From Chrysomallon squamiferum (lineage: Eukaryota; Animalia; Mollusca), in contig CM022677.1 in assembly GCA_012295275.1 (NCBI GenBank), forward strand, positions 5,456,001-5,520,000: a DNA stretch of 64,000 nt, read 5' to 3'. Under the pieces are notes generated by a model that was given only the letters and a program-made list of their open reading frames with translations, was not told the origin of the DNA and did no database searches. Every line of letters begins with the position of its first letter. The stretch's first letter is position 1. The position numbers and the translations under genes were made by a program. Below are positions 52,168 through 64,000 of the stretch, piece after piece.

Positions 52168-53083
52168 TGGTGCCATTTTTATTAAAATTAATTTTACAGA
52201 AATAAGTTACTGAGGATAATATGTAAGTATATTTTGTTAATATATTATCAGATTTAAAATTAAAATAGCATTGTTCCACAAGCATGTTTTTTAACAGAAA
52301 CGCTTCTGATCAAGAAATAAAAAGAAGAGGACTGGCGCACGCATTTGCGTATATCCCTGTGTACTTGTGTGTGTTGGTGTGTCTTTGTATATATCAGTTT
52401 GTGTTTGTGTGTCGGTGTGTGTTTTTGTGTGCCGGTGTGTCATTGTGTGCGAGCGTGTGGGAGCGTGTTACTCTTAAAACAAAACAAAATCGTTGCAAAA
52501 TATAATTACTCGTATAAGAACTGTGTTTATTGTCAAACTCTAATCACAACAGTAGACAATACATTTGACAGAAACAACGAAAGTCCGCTGACTGGTCGCA
52601 GAATGTGACAGGGAGATCATCTGACAAAATGGAGGCAAAATGTATCGATAGATTCAACTTTCTAGTGATCTGTTTCAGACATAGTGATAATTACCAACTG
52701 TTGTGCAAAACTAATATTTTGGCAAAGAGTGACGACCGATAAATTAAAAAATCTGAATAATTTGACGATACACTCAATGACCCAGTGACCGAACTTTCTT
52801 ACACTGATATTCTTAAAATGATAAAACAAAGCAGATTTTTGCAACCGATGTTAAATAAGGAGGCCATGACAGAGAAGTTTGTTTTAGAGAGAAACACGAA
52901 AATAAAAAGTAGAGAAAAAAAAATATATATTCGTCGATGACAGACTGTTTCTCAGATAGACGCTTAACAATAATTTTAGAAGTAAAATATATCCTAATTT
53001 TCTTTGTATAAGCCGACACTGTCTAAAATGACATCTACGGCTGGTCCGAAATGTGTTCGCTTTTGACAGAGTCCACGATATAA

Positions 53084-53116
<33 letters not shown>

Positions 53117-53137
53117 TGTCCATCGATCGATCGATCG

Positions 53138-53240
<103 letters not shown>

Positions 53241-53857
53241 CACTGTGTCCTTTTAGGAAGCGAAGACAAGTATTCACTCTTTTTTTTCAATTCTATTATA
53301 ATATTTTTCATGTTTTAAATGAAATTTCAGTTCATGTCAGTAAATCATATCTAACCCAAATCATAACCTAATTTTAAAATAAAATAAAATAAAATAAAAA
53401 TATTATAACTGTTACGTTAATACTTAAATTAAGTTTTATTTTACCAAAATATCAGTTTGTCGTACTGTTTAGAAGAGGTTAGGATTAGGGTTAAAGGCAG
53501 CATTAGGGTCATATTTAGCTTTGCGTTTAGCTTTAATGTTATGCATTTTCGTTACGAGTAGGTTTAGAACTGGTGTTAGATATTTAGTTATCTGTTTACC
53601 TCAATAAGGATATAAAACTTGTACAATTTTATAACGAGTTTTAGGATAAAGATTAAAAAAGATTATATTTGAAGAGACTAACTCGGAAAGGATATAACGA
53701 GTGTTAGGATGTGTATATCCCCAGCCTTCCCTACATACATGTTGCTAAGCAAGTTGGTGGAAATGTACTTCGCACACACAGAGATAGCCACGTCGGTTCC
53801 TCTGGACGTCAGTTGATTCGGTTAGAGTCACCGACTTCAAAAACGTGAAATCGTGAC

Positions 53858-54040
53858 GCGCTCGATACAAGATTAGAAGTAAAGTTGTTTTAACAGTGCC
53901 TGGGCAGCGTGGCGCTCGATACAAGATCAGAAGTAAAGTTGTTTTAACAATGCCTGGGCAGCGTGGCGCTCGATACAAGATTAAAAAGTTGTTTTAACAA
54001 TGCACTGGAGCAGCGTCCGGTCAGCTTGTTTTAACAATGC
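53858..54040. repeat. Tandem repeat, ~54 bp x3
   Basis: Unit gcgctcgatacaagattagaagtaaagttgttttaacagtgcctgggcagcgtg. Confidence 0.85.
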
Positions 54041-54929
54041 ACGTCTGCAACCACGTCACGTGTTATTTTATAGCAAGACAAATATTAATAGTATTTTAAT
54101 GTGAGTTATTTGATGACAGTTGTACGAAATACACTAACAAGATGATAACAAGGTTTCTAGCAGCACAGACTATGGAAGTAGTAAAAACAATATTTCTGTA
54201 CTTCACTGTAAATCAACTGATAAACTAGTAGTGACATTGTTTCATTCACTAAGTTTATGAATTTGTATGGACAATGTTTCTAGTTCCACGCGCTAAGTAA
54301 GTAGTGAGAATGTTTCTAGTGTAAACGCTTAGTTGATAAACTAGTACTGACAATATTTTTAGCAGTAGCACACACTAAGTTACTTGATGAGTAAGTAATG
54401 AAAATGTTTGTAATAAGAAACAGTAAGTAAATTGATAAACTAATAGTGACAAAGTTTCTAGTACATACTTGGTCAGTAGATAGCTGAACACTTATAATTA
54501 GTTGTGACACAAGAAGACTGAAAGGAAGAAGTAACAACACATTTTTTAACATTACAATCAGATTTATTTACTAACATACACTGTGACATACAACATTGTG
54601 AACCTTAAGATTACAATGAACTGAACTTTATTTTAACAAAATATGTTAATTTTCAATTATTTTATGTGGATAATTTTTGTTTTTTTCTCTCTCTCTCTTT
54701 TTATTTAATATTATTAAAATGAATTTACTTTTAATCTATTTTACCCTTTACAGAAATATCATGCAGTAACCGAGGATAATATGTAAGTAATCCTTTCAAT
54801 TTTGTTAATTTATTCGACAAGCATGTTTTTCCGAAACGCTTCTAAAAAAAATAAAATATTGTTTTAAAAAAAAAATAATAATAATAATAATAATTTACAG
54901 GAAGAGGAAGCGCGCGTGTCTACGTGTAT

Positions 54930-56775
54930 CAGTGTTTGTCTGTTTGTGTGTTGGTGTGTGTCTGGTTGTGTGTTGGTGTGTGTCTGTCTGTGTGTTGGTT
55001 GTGTTTGCTTGTGTGATGGTGTGTGCTTGTTTGTTTGTGTGTTGGTGTGTGTTTGTGTGTCGGTGTGTGTTTGTTTGTTTGTGTGTGTGTGTTTTGTGTG
55101 TTGGTGTGTGTGTTTGTACATATATATGTATTTGAGTGTTGGTGTGACACATATACATATATATCATACACACAGACATACAGATACACACAGACACACA
55201 TATACATCATACACACAGACATACAGATACACACACAGACACATATACATCATACACACAGACATACAGATACACACAGACACATATACATCATACACAC
55301 AGACATACAGATACACACACAGACACATATACATCATACACACAGACATACAGATACACACACACACACACATATACATCATACACACACAGACATACAT
55401 ACACACACAGACACATATACATCATACACACAGACATACAGACACACACACACACACATATATACACACAGATACAGATACACACACACACACACACACA
55501 CATACATCATACACACAGACATACAGATACACACACAGACACATATACACCATACACAGAGACATACAGATACACACAGACACATATACATCATACACAC
55601 AGACATACAGATACACACAGACACATATACATCATACACACATGCATACAGATACACACAGACACATATACACACAGACACATATATATTATACACACAC
55701 AGACACATATACATCATACACATAGCCATACAGATACACACAAACACATATACATCATACACACAGACATACAGATACACACAGACACATATACATCATA
55801 CACACATACATACAGATACACACAGACACATATACACACAGACACATATATATTATACACACACACACACACATATACATCATACATACAGATACACACA
55901 CAGACACATATACATCATACACACAGACATACAGATACACACACAGACACATATACATCATACACAAAGACATACAGATACACACAGACACATATACACA
56001 CAGACACATATACACAGATACAGATACACACACATACACATTATACATCATACACACAGACATACAGATACATACACAGACACATATACATCATACACAC
56101 AGACATACAGATACACAGACACATATACAGATACATTATACACACATGCATACAGATACACACACAGACACATATACATCATACACACAGACATACAGAT
56201 ACACACACAGACACATATACATCATACACACAGACATACAGATACACACACAGACACATATATATCATACACACAGACATACAGATACACACAGAAACAC
56301 ATATACATCATACACACAGACATACAGATACACACACAGACACATATACATCATACACACAGACATACAGATACACACACAGACACATATACATCATACA
56401 CACAGATATACAGATACACACACAGACACATTATACATCATACACACAGACATACAGATACACACACAGACACATTATACAGCATACACACAGACATACA
56501 GATACACAGACACATATACATCATACACACAGACATACACATACACACAGACATACAGATACACACACAGGCAAATATACATCATACACACAGACATACA
56601 CATACACACAGACATACACATACACACAGACATACAGATACACACACAGGCAAATATACATCATACACACAGACATACAGATACACACACAGACACATAT
56701 ACATCACACACACAGACATACAGATACACACACAAACACATATACACCATACACACAGACATACAGATATACACG
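54930..56775. repeat. GT-rich tract followed by a CA-rich ~40-bp minisatellite
   Basis: Degenerate (GT)n at 54930-55145, then cacatatacatcatacacacagacatacagatacacacacaga units. Confidence 0.92.
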
Positions 56776-57261
56776 GAAAAGCCTTCTGTTATTAAACTAA
56801 AGAGAATAATCATTTTACTTCTTTTTTTCTTCTTTTGGAAGGTAATTTTCCTTTCTCTATAACTTAAACTACAAGAAAAAAGAATCTGAATGTCTAATAT
56901 TAACATCTCCCTGTTATAACTAATTTTCTAACAACAGAGCCACGTGTCAGTGGTTTAATAAGAGTACAGACCTGATAACACAATTTAATATTTCTCTTTG
57001 CAACAATCCGCTGATCGCGTGACTAACACAGATAAAATACTTCTTAAAATAAATCTTCTTTAATCTGTCCTGGCATTCAAGGTAACACAGGGTTCAATTT
57101 AAAATATTTGAAATACAATTTAATAATAACAAGAACAACAACAACAATAATAATAATAAATATAAATAAATAATACAACTACAAATACCATTACTAGTGC
57201 TACTGTTACTACAGTTGTTGATAATACTTCAGCTGGCAACACTAGCACTAAAGCTATGATT

Positions 57262-57905
57262 AATACTACAACGACAACGATTATTATAACAGTTGTCTAT
57301 ATTACACCAGCTGCTGCTACTACCACTACTACTACTACAACTATTAGTATTCTTACTACTTCTTTAATTACTACTATTACTACTACCATTAATACGACTA
57401 CTATAACTACTACTATTACTACTACTACTACTACGACTACTATAACTACTACTATTACTACTACCACTACGACTACTACTACTACTACTACTACTACTAT
57501 AACTACTACTATTCCTACTACCACTACGACTACTATAACTACTACTATTCCTACTACTACGACTACTATAACTACTACTATTCCTACTACTACTACTACT
57601 ACTACTATAACTACTACTATTACTACTACCACTAATAACTACTACTATAACTACTACTATTCCTACTACTACTTACTACTACTACTACTATTACTATACC
57701 TACTACTACTACTACTACTATTACTACTATATACTACTACTATTACTATTATAACTACTACTATTACTACTACTATTAATACTACCATTATTACGACTAC
57801 TATAACTACTACTATTACTACTACGACGACTACTATAACTACTACTATTAATACTACCATTATTACGACTACTACTATAACTACTACTATTACAGCTACT
57901 ACTGG
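57262..57905. repeat. Degenerate (ACT)n trinucleotide array
   Basis: ACT/ATT/ATA triplets. Confidence 0.9.
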
Positions 57906-58251
57906 TGTTACTTGTTCCACTGCTAAATTGTTCTGTAAATTCTAATTTCATTGTGATAACATTTTCCATCGTCTAAAATTGCCAAAGTCATTTCTTTAAT
58001 CTAATAACAAAAATTTGCTTTGGAATTAACTATATTATATATTTTAAATTCGAAAACAGTTTGAAATATTTCTTATATATGTTAAATTTGTGTATAATTA
58101 ACTTACTAAAACACGAGTGAGCGAAACGAGATCTACTAATCTGCTTTGTCAAGACTAAAGTTCACTGCGTTGTCTCAGCTTTCTTCCCTGGAGATAAACA
58201 AATTTACTTTAGTACAAAGTCAACTTTATACAGAGAGATAAATTATACCAG

Positions 58252-58318
<67 letters not shown>

Positions 58319-58541
58319 TCTAAACAATCGCTCTAACGTTTAAAGATTATATATATATATTTCGTAAGGTAAATTAGAATGATATGCTATCAGACAACGT
58401 TTTTTTGGTTTATTATTATTATATATATATTTTTTTTTTTTTTTTTTTTTTTTAGATCGCGTCAAACTAGTGTGTTCGTAATTATTATCATACATATATC
58501 CTGAAAGGGATTTACTTTACAGAACATATGTGTGTGTGTTC

Positions 58542-58697
<156 letters not shown>

Positions 58698-59336
58698 TGA
58701 ACAAACCGTTATCTCTTTCCCCTCTTCCAGAATCTCTGCTGAGCTTGTTATTGAAACACGTGTTAGTGATAACACACATACTAATCTGCTTTGTCAAGAC
58801 TAAAGTTTACTTAGTTCTCTGAAATTTATTACTAGAGATAAAGTACAAAGTCAGCCCAATAAGAGAGAGAGAGAGAGAGAGATGGTACCTGTTTTTAATA
58901 ACACACTTATATGCCAGCATACGAAATAAATAAATAAACAAATAAGTAAACAGAAAATAAAATAATAAACAAATAAACAAACAAATAAATGGTAAAAAGA
59001 TTTTAAAAATAAGTAAGTAAATATATTAATAAACAACAAGCAAGCAAAAAGATGACAAAATAAAAACAAATACACAAATAAGCAAGCAAATAAATAAATA
59101 AATAAATAAATAACAAGAACAATAATGAAAACAGTAACAAAGCAGAAGTAATTACTGAAGAAGGAAAAACAGTAATATTACTTTTATTATATTTCTAAAT
59201 AAAAAGAAACAGCAGAGCGAAAAATAATAAAAGTAGTGAATCACTGAGCTGTTAACTAACCGCCTCATTAAACTCACTCCACAACTTCAGTCAAAATATA
59301 TAAACCTGTTAAGATAAAAAAAAAAAATAATAATAA

Positions 59337-59370
<34 letters not shown>

Positions 59371-60497
59371 TCATCTCGATGTTCACTTCATAAAATTAAT
59401 TGGAACCTGGAAGAAAACCATTTTAAGTAGGTCAAATGACTAAAAAGGAAAATCTACCTTAATAACCTTAATACTAATTTGTACACTAAAATTTGATATG
59501 GGGGTTGTTTAATCTATAGTCCAAAGAGAAGTAAATTTATACATACACGAACGGATTAAAAAATGCATAAGAATAACTTGTATTATAGAAACAATTTGTA
59601 TTATAGAAACAATTTGTATTATAGACGCTATTTATACCTCTTATAATAAGTGTGAAGCATATTTTAGTTACTTGTTCTACTCGTAGATGTCAGTAAGGCA
59701 TGTACGAATTGTAGGTAAGCCTATGTCACACATTATACGCGCTTTGCTAAATGTACTAACGAGCTATCAGGTGGTCAAATTTGAGACAAACAACTCAGTT
59801 GAATCATGGTTGCCAGCTTACAATTTGCATTTGTTACTGAAAATGATATTCATGGCACTCTATGAAATTGTGCTCGAATGCTGAATTAAAAATAAACTAA
59901 ACTTAATATCTCAGTAACTAATTTTCAAACTTTGATTTATTTTTGCTTGAAGTGTAGATTAGCTCAGTCAGAGATAATACCTACAATGGCCAGATGATGA
60001 GTAACGTTTGATTGCAGTCAAGTCACAGCAAGTATAAAGCTAAGAAAACTATTTTGTGTTTCTCTTATCACTTATCACACCTGTGGCTTCAGTTGTCTTT
60101 TGTTTGATGATTTCAGACAGTTTATTACACGTAATTAGTACCTGCAACACCTTTCTGGTGTGCGCTCCAACCTTTAGCTGGAGTTTGTGTATTGCAAGGA
60201 TTATTGTTAAATATCAGGCCTGTTCCTAAAATAGCACAACACGTGTGAAATTTAAACAATTACTGAGATCAATAGAATTAAAGGTTGAATATCGATATTA
60301 TCTGTATCCAACCTTGTTAAGTCATTGGTGATAATTACTGTGAGAAATCATTAACGTGATAAGTGTTTTCACATAGATGGGTATCATTAATAATAATATA
60401 AAACTAAAGATAAACTGAACAGATTTGTTATTTCAGAAGAGTGTAACAAACTGATATCCCTTCTTATGACTCAGTACCTATGATCTAGCTCTCATGT

Positions 60498-60564
<67 letters not shown>

Positions 60565-60726
60565 AAGATTGTTTTAAAACATAATGAAGTAAACCCAGCA
60601 AAAATAAACCGAATTGGTCAACATTTAGAGAATAATGGGTGCTAATTTGGCGTTTGATCTACAACTTACAGGAAACGAGACGAGACGAAGGCAGTTGCAG
60701 TTTTACGAAGAAATGTGCTTGTAAAT

Positions 60727-61161
60727 CAGGGTGCGCAACCTGCGGCCGTGGAAACGATGTCACCTCATCACATTTAACGTATCAGCATAAACACTCGTAC
60801 AACATGAACTTCCTATCACTGTCAGATGCCGTACACAAAATGTCGCCTAGTATTCATTTTTACATCCGATAGTTTTGAACTTGTTATTTAATAAAAGCAA
60901 TAAGTAATATTCATAACGGTTTTATTGTTTGCTTTAATGGGAAACAACAGGAATGAAGTCAGTTTGTCTGGAAACATGTAAACGCACCCATTATTTACAT
61001 GCAGCATTTTAAGTCACAGAGGTTCACTGTTAGAAAATTATACAAAATCATACATGTTAGATTTTCAGAGTTTACGTAATCACAGTGAAATGTCTGCGGC
61101 CCTAGTGTCAGTGAAGTTAAAGCGCTGCGGTCTATAAAATCAGAAAGTTTGTGCGCCCCTG
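60727..61161. mobile_element. Putative hAT (Charlie-like) MITE
   Basis: Left end cagggtgcgcaacctgcggcc; right end agtttgtgcgcccctg (reverse complement caggggcgcacaaact); internal tgcggccc motif. TSD not evident. Confidence 0.5.
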
Positions 61162-61166
61162 TAATG

Positions 61167-61333
61167 TAGATGTGTAGAAAATGTTGCACTATGTCGTCGT
61201 TGTGGTGTAGATGATGTAGAAAATGTTGCACTATGTTGTCGTTGTGGTGTAGATGTGTAGAAAATGTTACACTATGTCGTCGTTGTGGTGTAGATGATGT
61301 AGAAAATGTTGCACTATGTCGTCGTTGTGGTGG
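61167..61333. repeat. Tandem repeat, ~41 bp x4
   Basis: Unit tagatgtgtagaaaatgttgcactatgtcgtcgttgtggtg. Confidence 0.88.
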
Positions 61334-62024
61334 AGAAATGAAGGAAGATGAAGACAAGTGAAGATCTTTCTAGCAGATGTTCGCTCAGTTCATCAACACA
61401 GTTATTCAGATTTGTATACTTTTTAGCCCTTGTTCCTATAAATTATGAATATATAATATTAGGATTTTGCTTTTCCATTTAAGCCGTGACAATAATAAAA
61501 AAACCAAGAATAAACAAAATAATAATTAAAATAACCGCGTAGACCACACACCAAAGTGGTACCGAATAATGTTAGTTCAGTCTCTGTGCTATAAACACTT
61601 CATTTTTTTTTTTTAAATCTTCCATAATAAATTAATGTGTTTGTAAATATCTTCTATTTCGTGCAAGTAAATTACACACACTGGGAAACCTCCACGGACT
61701 TAAGCTGAAGTTGAAATTAAAGAAACAAATTCATGGATATAAAATGAAGGGATTCATAATAGAATACTATTAAGTTTTCACAGATGTTGATACGAGAGTA
61801 AAGTCTCAAACAGACGCTCTAACTATTTCACAGAATTAAGCTGAAATTATAGAAATAAAATTATCTCTGCAGGTTATGTTTCATGTGGGAGTAAAATTAA
61901 AACGTCATAGATTTCATGATTAGGAAATGAAGTTCGTTTAATTAAAACATTCATAAATATATACATTTTTTTAGAGATGTTATTCTGATGTCAGAAACTT
62001 GATAAAATTTATAAAATGAAATGA

Positions 62025-62057
<33 letters not shown>

Positions 62058-62085
62058 TTTTTTTTTTTTTTGAATCAAAGTAAAA

Positions 62086-62140
<55 letters not shown>

Positions 62141-62682
62141 ATACATCACTTGTACCAGACATATTTCTTTAACATAGAACAAAATTAATAAAAACTAGAA
62201 AATGTGTATCCTTTGATGCATTTCTTATATTTCATTTTAAACGTTATTCATTTATTTTCTTTCTGTTACTAGTTATTTTATTTGATTTTACTTAATAATA
62301 ATAGTAATAATAAAAAAGTAGATTGTACTACTACAGTTAGTCTCGTCTGCCTTTCACTTTCAGCCTCAGATCATCAAAATAAAAACTTTAACTAGACTTG
62401 AACCGGGTTACTTACTACTAAATAAATTTAATTATTAATGCTCATGCAATAAATTAATACAAAAAAATATTCACCCAAAAATATAACTGATAAAGGAAAA
62501 AAGAAAACTGAAATACCTTTTTGTGTTATAACGTAATATTAATTACAAATTGACATGATCAAGTCTAGCATTAGATTTAATTATTTATCTGGAAAAACAC
62601 TTCATATAAAACTTGACAAAGTGCATAATAAATGTTAATGATGTTATTGTGCCGGTTTGTCTTTTCATTATTGTGATTATTA

Positions 62683-62734
<52 letters not shown>

Positions 62735-63301
62735 GTAAAATGGAGCAGACATTACTGAAGTTTGTCTTGCTTCACTTGACTTCATTTTCTCACAGCTTTC
62801 TGATGTCAACTTTTCTGAACAGACAAAGCACACAAAACTGGTGTCTAAGAAAACTGTCATTTTTGACCCAATTCAAAGGTAAATATAATTAAGTTGTAAA
62901 AAGTGCACGTTTAAAAGTTTGACCTCAGTGATTGGTAACAGAAATTAATTCTTCCTAGCTGAAGAACACAAGTTAATCAGTTAAACCACTGAGTGTATTC
63001 TTCAGTTTTGATATTTATTTACTTTTTATTTTTAAACACTTTGCTTGAACTATTTACCTTTTAAATTGAGAACTATTAATTAATTGAAATGGTTATATTT
63101 TTGTGTTGCAAGTGTTTTAATTTCAAGTATTTACTTCATCTTTCTGTTTAAATTTTTAAAATTAGTTTTTATTTCAGTTGTAGTTTTATACATTTTAATC
63201 TCAGTAATTAAACTATTTTGGGGAGATGATTTATTTTACATCGTTATTTTTATTTGTTTTTCAAGACAAATTATCTGTTGTGCAGAATCATACCTGTAAT
63301 T

Positions 63302-63484
63302 CATGTCATTACCCAGTCACTGGAATAAAACCTGAGTGTGATCTCTGGTTCAGGTCTTTTAGCTTACACATTTGTCTATTTATAGTTACATGTCAGTACC
63401 CAGTCACTGGAATAGAACCTGAGTGTGATCTCTGGTTCAGGTATTTTAGCTTACACATTTGTCTATTTATAGTTACATGTCAGT
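63302..63484. repeat. Tandem duplication, 87 bp x2
   Basis: catgtca.tacccagtcactggaata... starts at 63302 and 63389, with a partial third start at 63476. Confidence 0.88.
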
Positions 63485-64000
63485 GCTTTGTCACACGTGT
63501 TTCACAAACAGTGTGTGCTTTCAGTTTATGAGATTGTACACTTTGTATATTTTTCAGTTTTGGCCTTAGATTTATTTATTTCTTTTTGACTAAAAAATCT
63601 GTATTAATTATATGTAAATAAACTGCCTTTAAATGCTAATTTAAGTTTTTAATTAAATATCTGTTTAACTATCTATAATACCCTTTTATGGTAAAATAAG
63701 CAATGTCAAACTGTTAATCGTAGTTTTTTAATTTTAGAGGTAATTAAGTTATGGCAAGTTTTTTGTAATAAACAGTTTTAAAATTTGGCAGTCAAGTCAA
63801 TTTTCTCTCACTCTTTGACTCTGCTGATTTCATTGACATCTGCAGGAATCTAATATTACACAGGCAGCAAGCAAAACTCAGCATTTTGACAAGCGAGCAT
63901 TTGTACAACCAGGCAGTTTCCTTTGAAAAAAACCACACAGGATAAGGGAGATAACCATGCAAACTTTGGCCTTGCTTTGGATATAGTAAGATACTTTTCT

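Noticed and set aside
53477-53512. TTAGGG-like telomeric repeats
   Set aside because: Only two or three degenerate units.
54864-56906. 590-aa His/Thr-rich ORF and overlapping ORFs
   Set aside because: Stop-poor CA minisatellite that is open in several frames on both strands.
57256-57945. Mucin-like poly-Thr ORF
   Set aside because: An (ACT)n array with frame slips and no signal peptide or flanking domain.
62585-62860. 91-aa ORF with CFVC
   Set aside because: Half of it is (ATT)n and the rest has no recognisable domain.

Overview
AT-rich, microsatellite-laden animal genomic DNA, most likely from a mollusc or other lophotrochozoan (inferred from repeat content and gene-fragment style). (1) Positions 1-6.9 kb hold an endogenous parvovirus/densovirus-like element with an unusual layout: long palindrome, intact 714-aa capsid ORF, promoter-like stretch, 5'-truncated and frameshifted NS1 (SF3 helicase), second palindrome with the loop inverted, diverged pseudogenised second capsid, and a palindrome fragment at the host junction. 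(2) Positions ~7-39 kb are a mosaic of decayed intron-containing gene fragments: two LRMP/IRAG-like copies in opposite orientation, CAMSAP/patronin CC1, a TRIM-type RING exon and unidentified exons. These sit among Ty3/gypsy and DNA-transposon relics, with one rearranged duplicate block bracketed by inverted repeats. (3) At ~49.6-50.3 kb a BIR+UBA IAP gene has an in-frame stop and upstream NF-kB and CCAAT motifs. (4) The rest is mostly minisatellites and microsatellites plus a 200-N gap. All family assignments are by eye from motifs; no searches were run.
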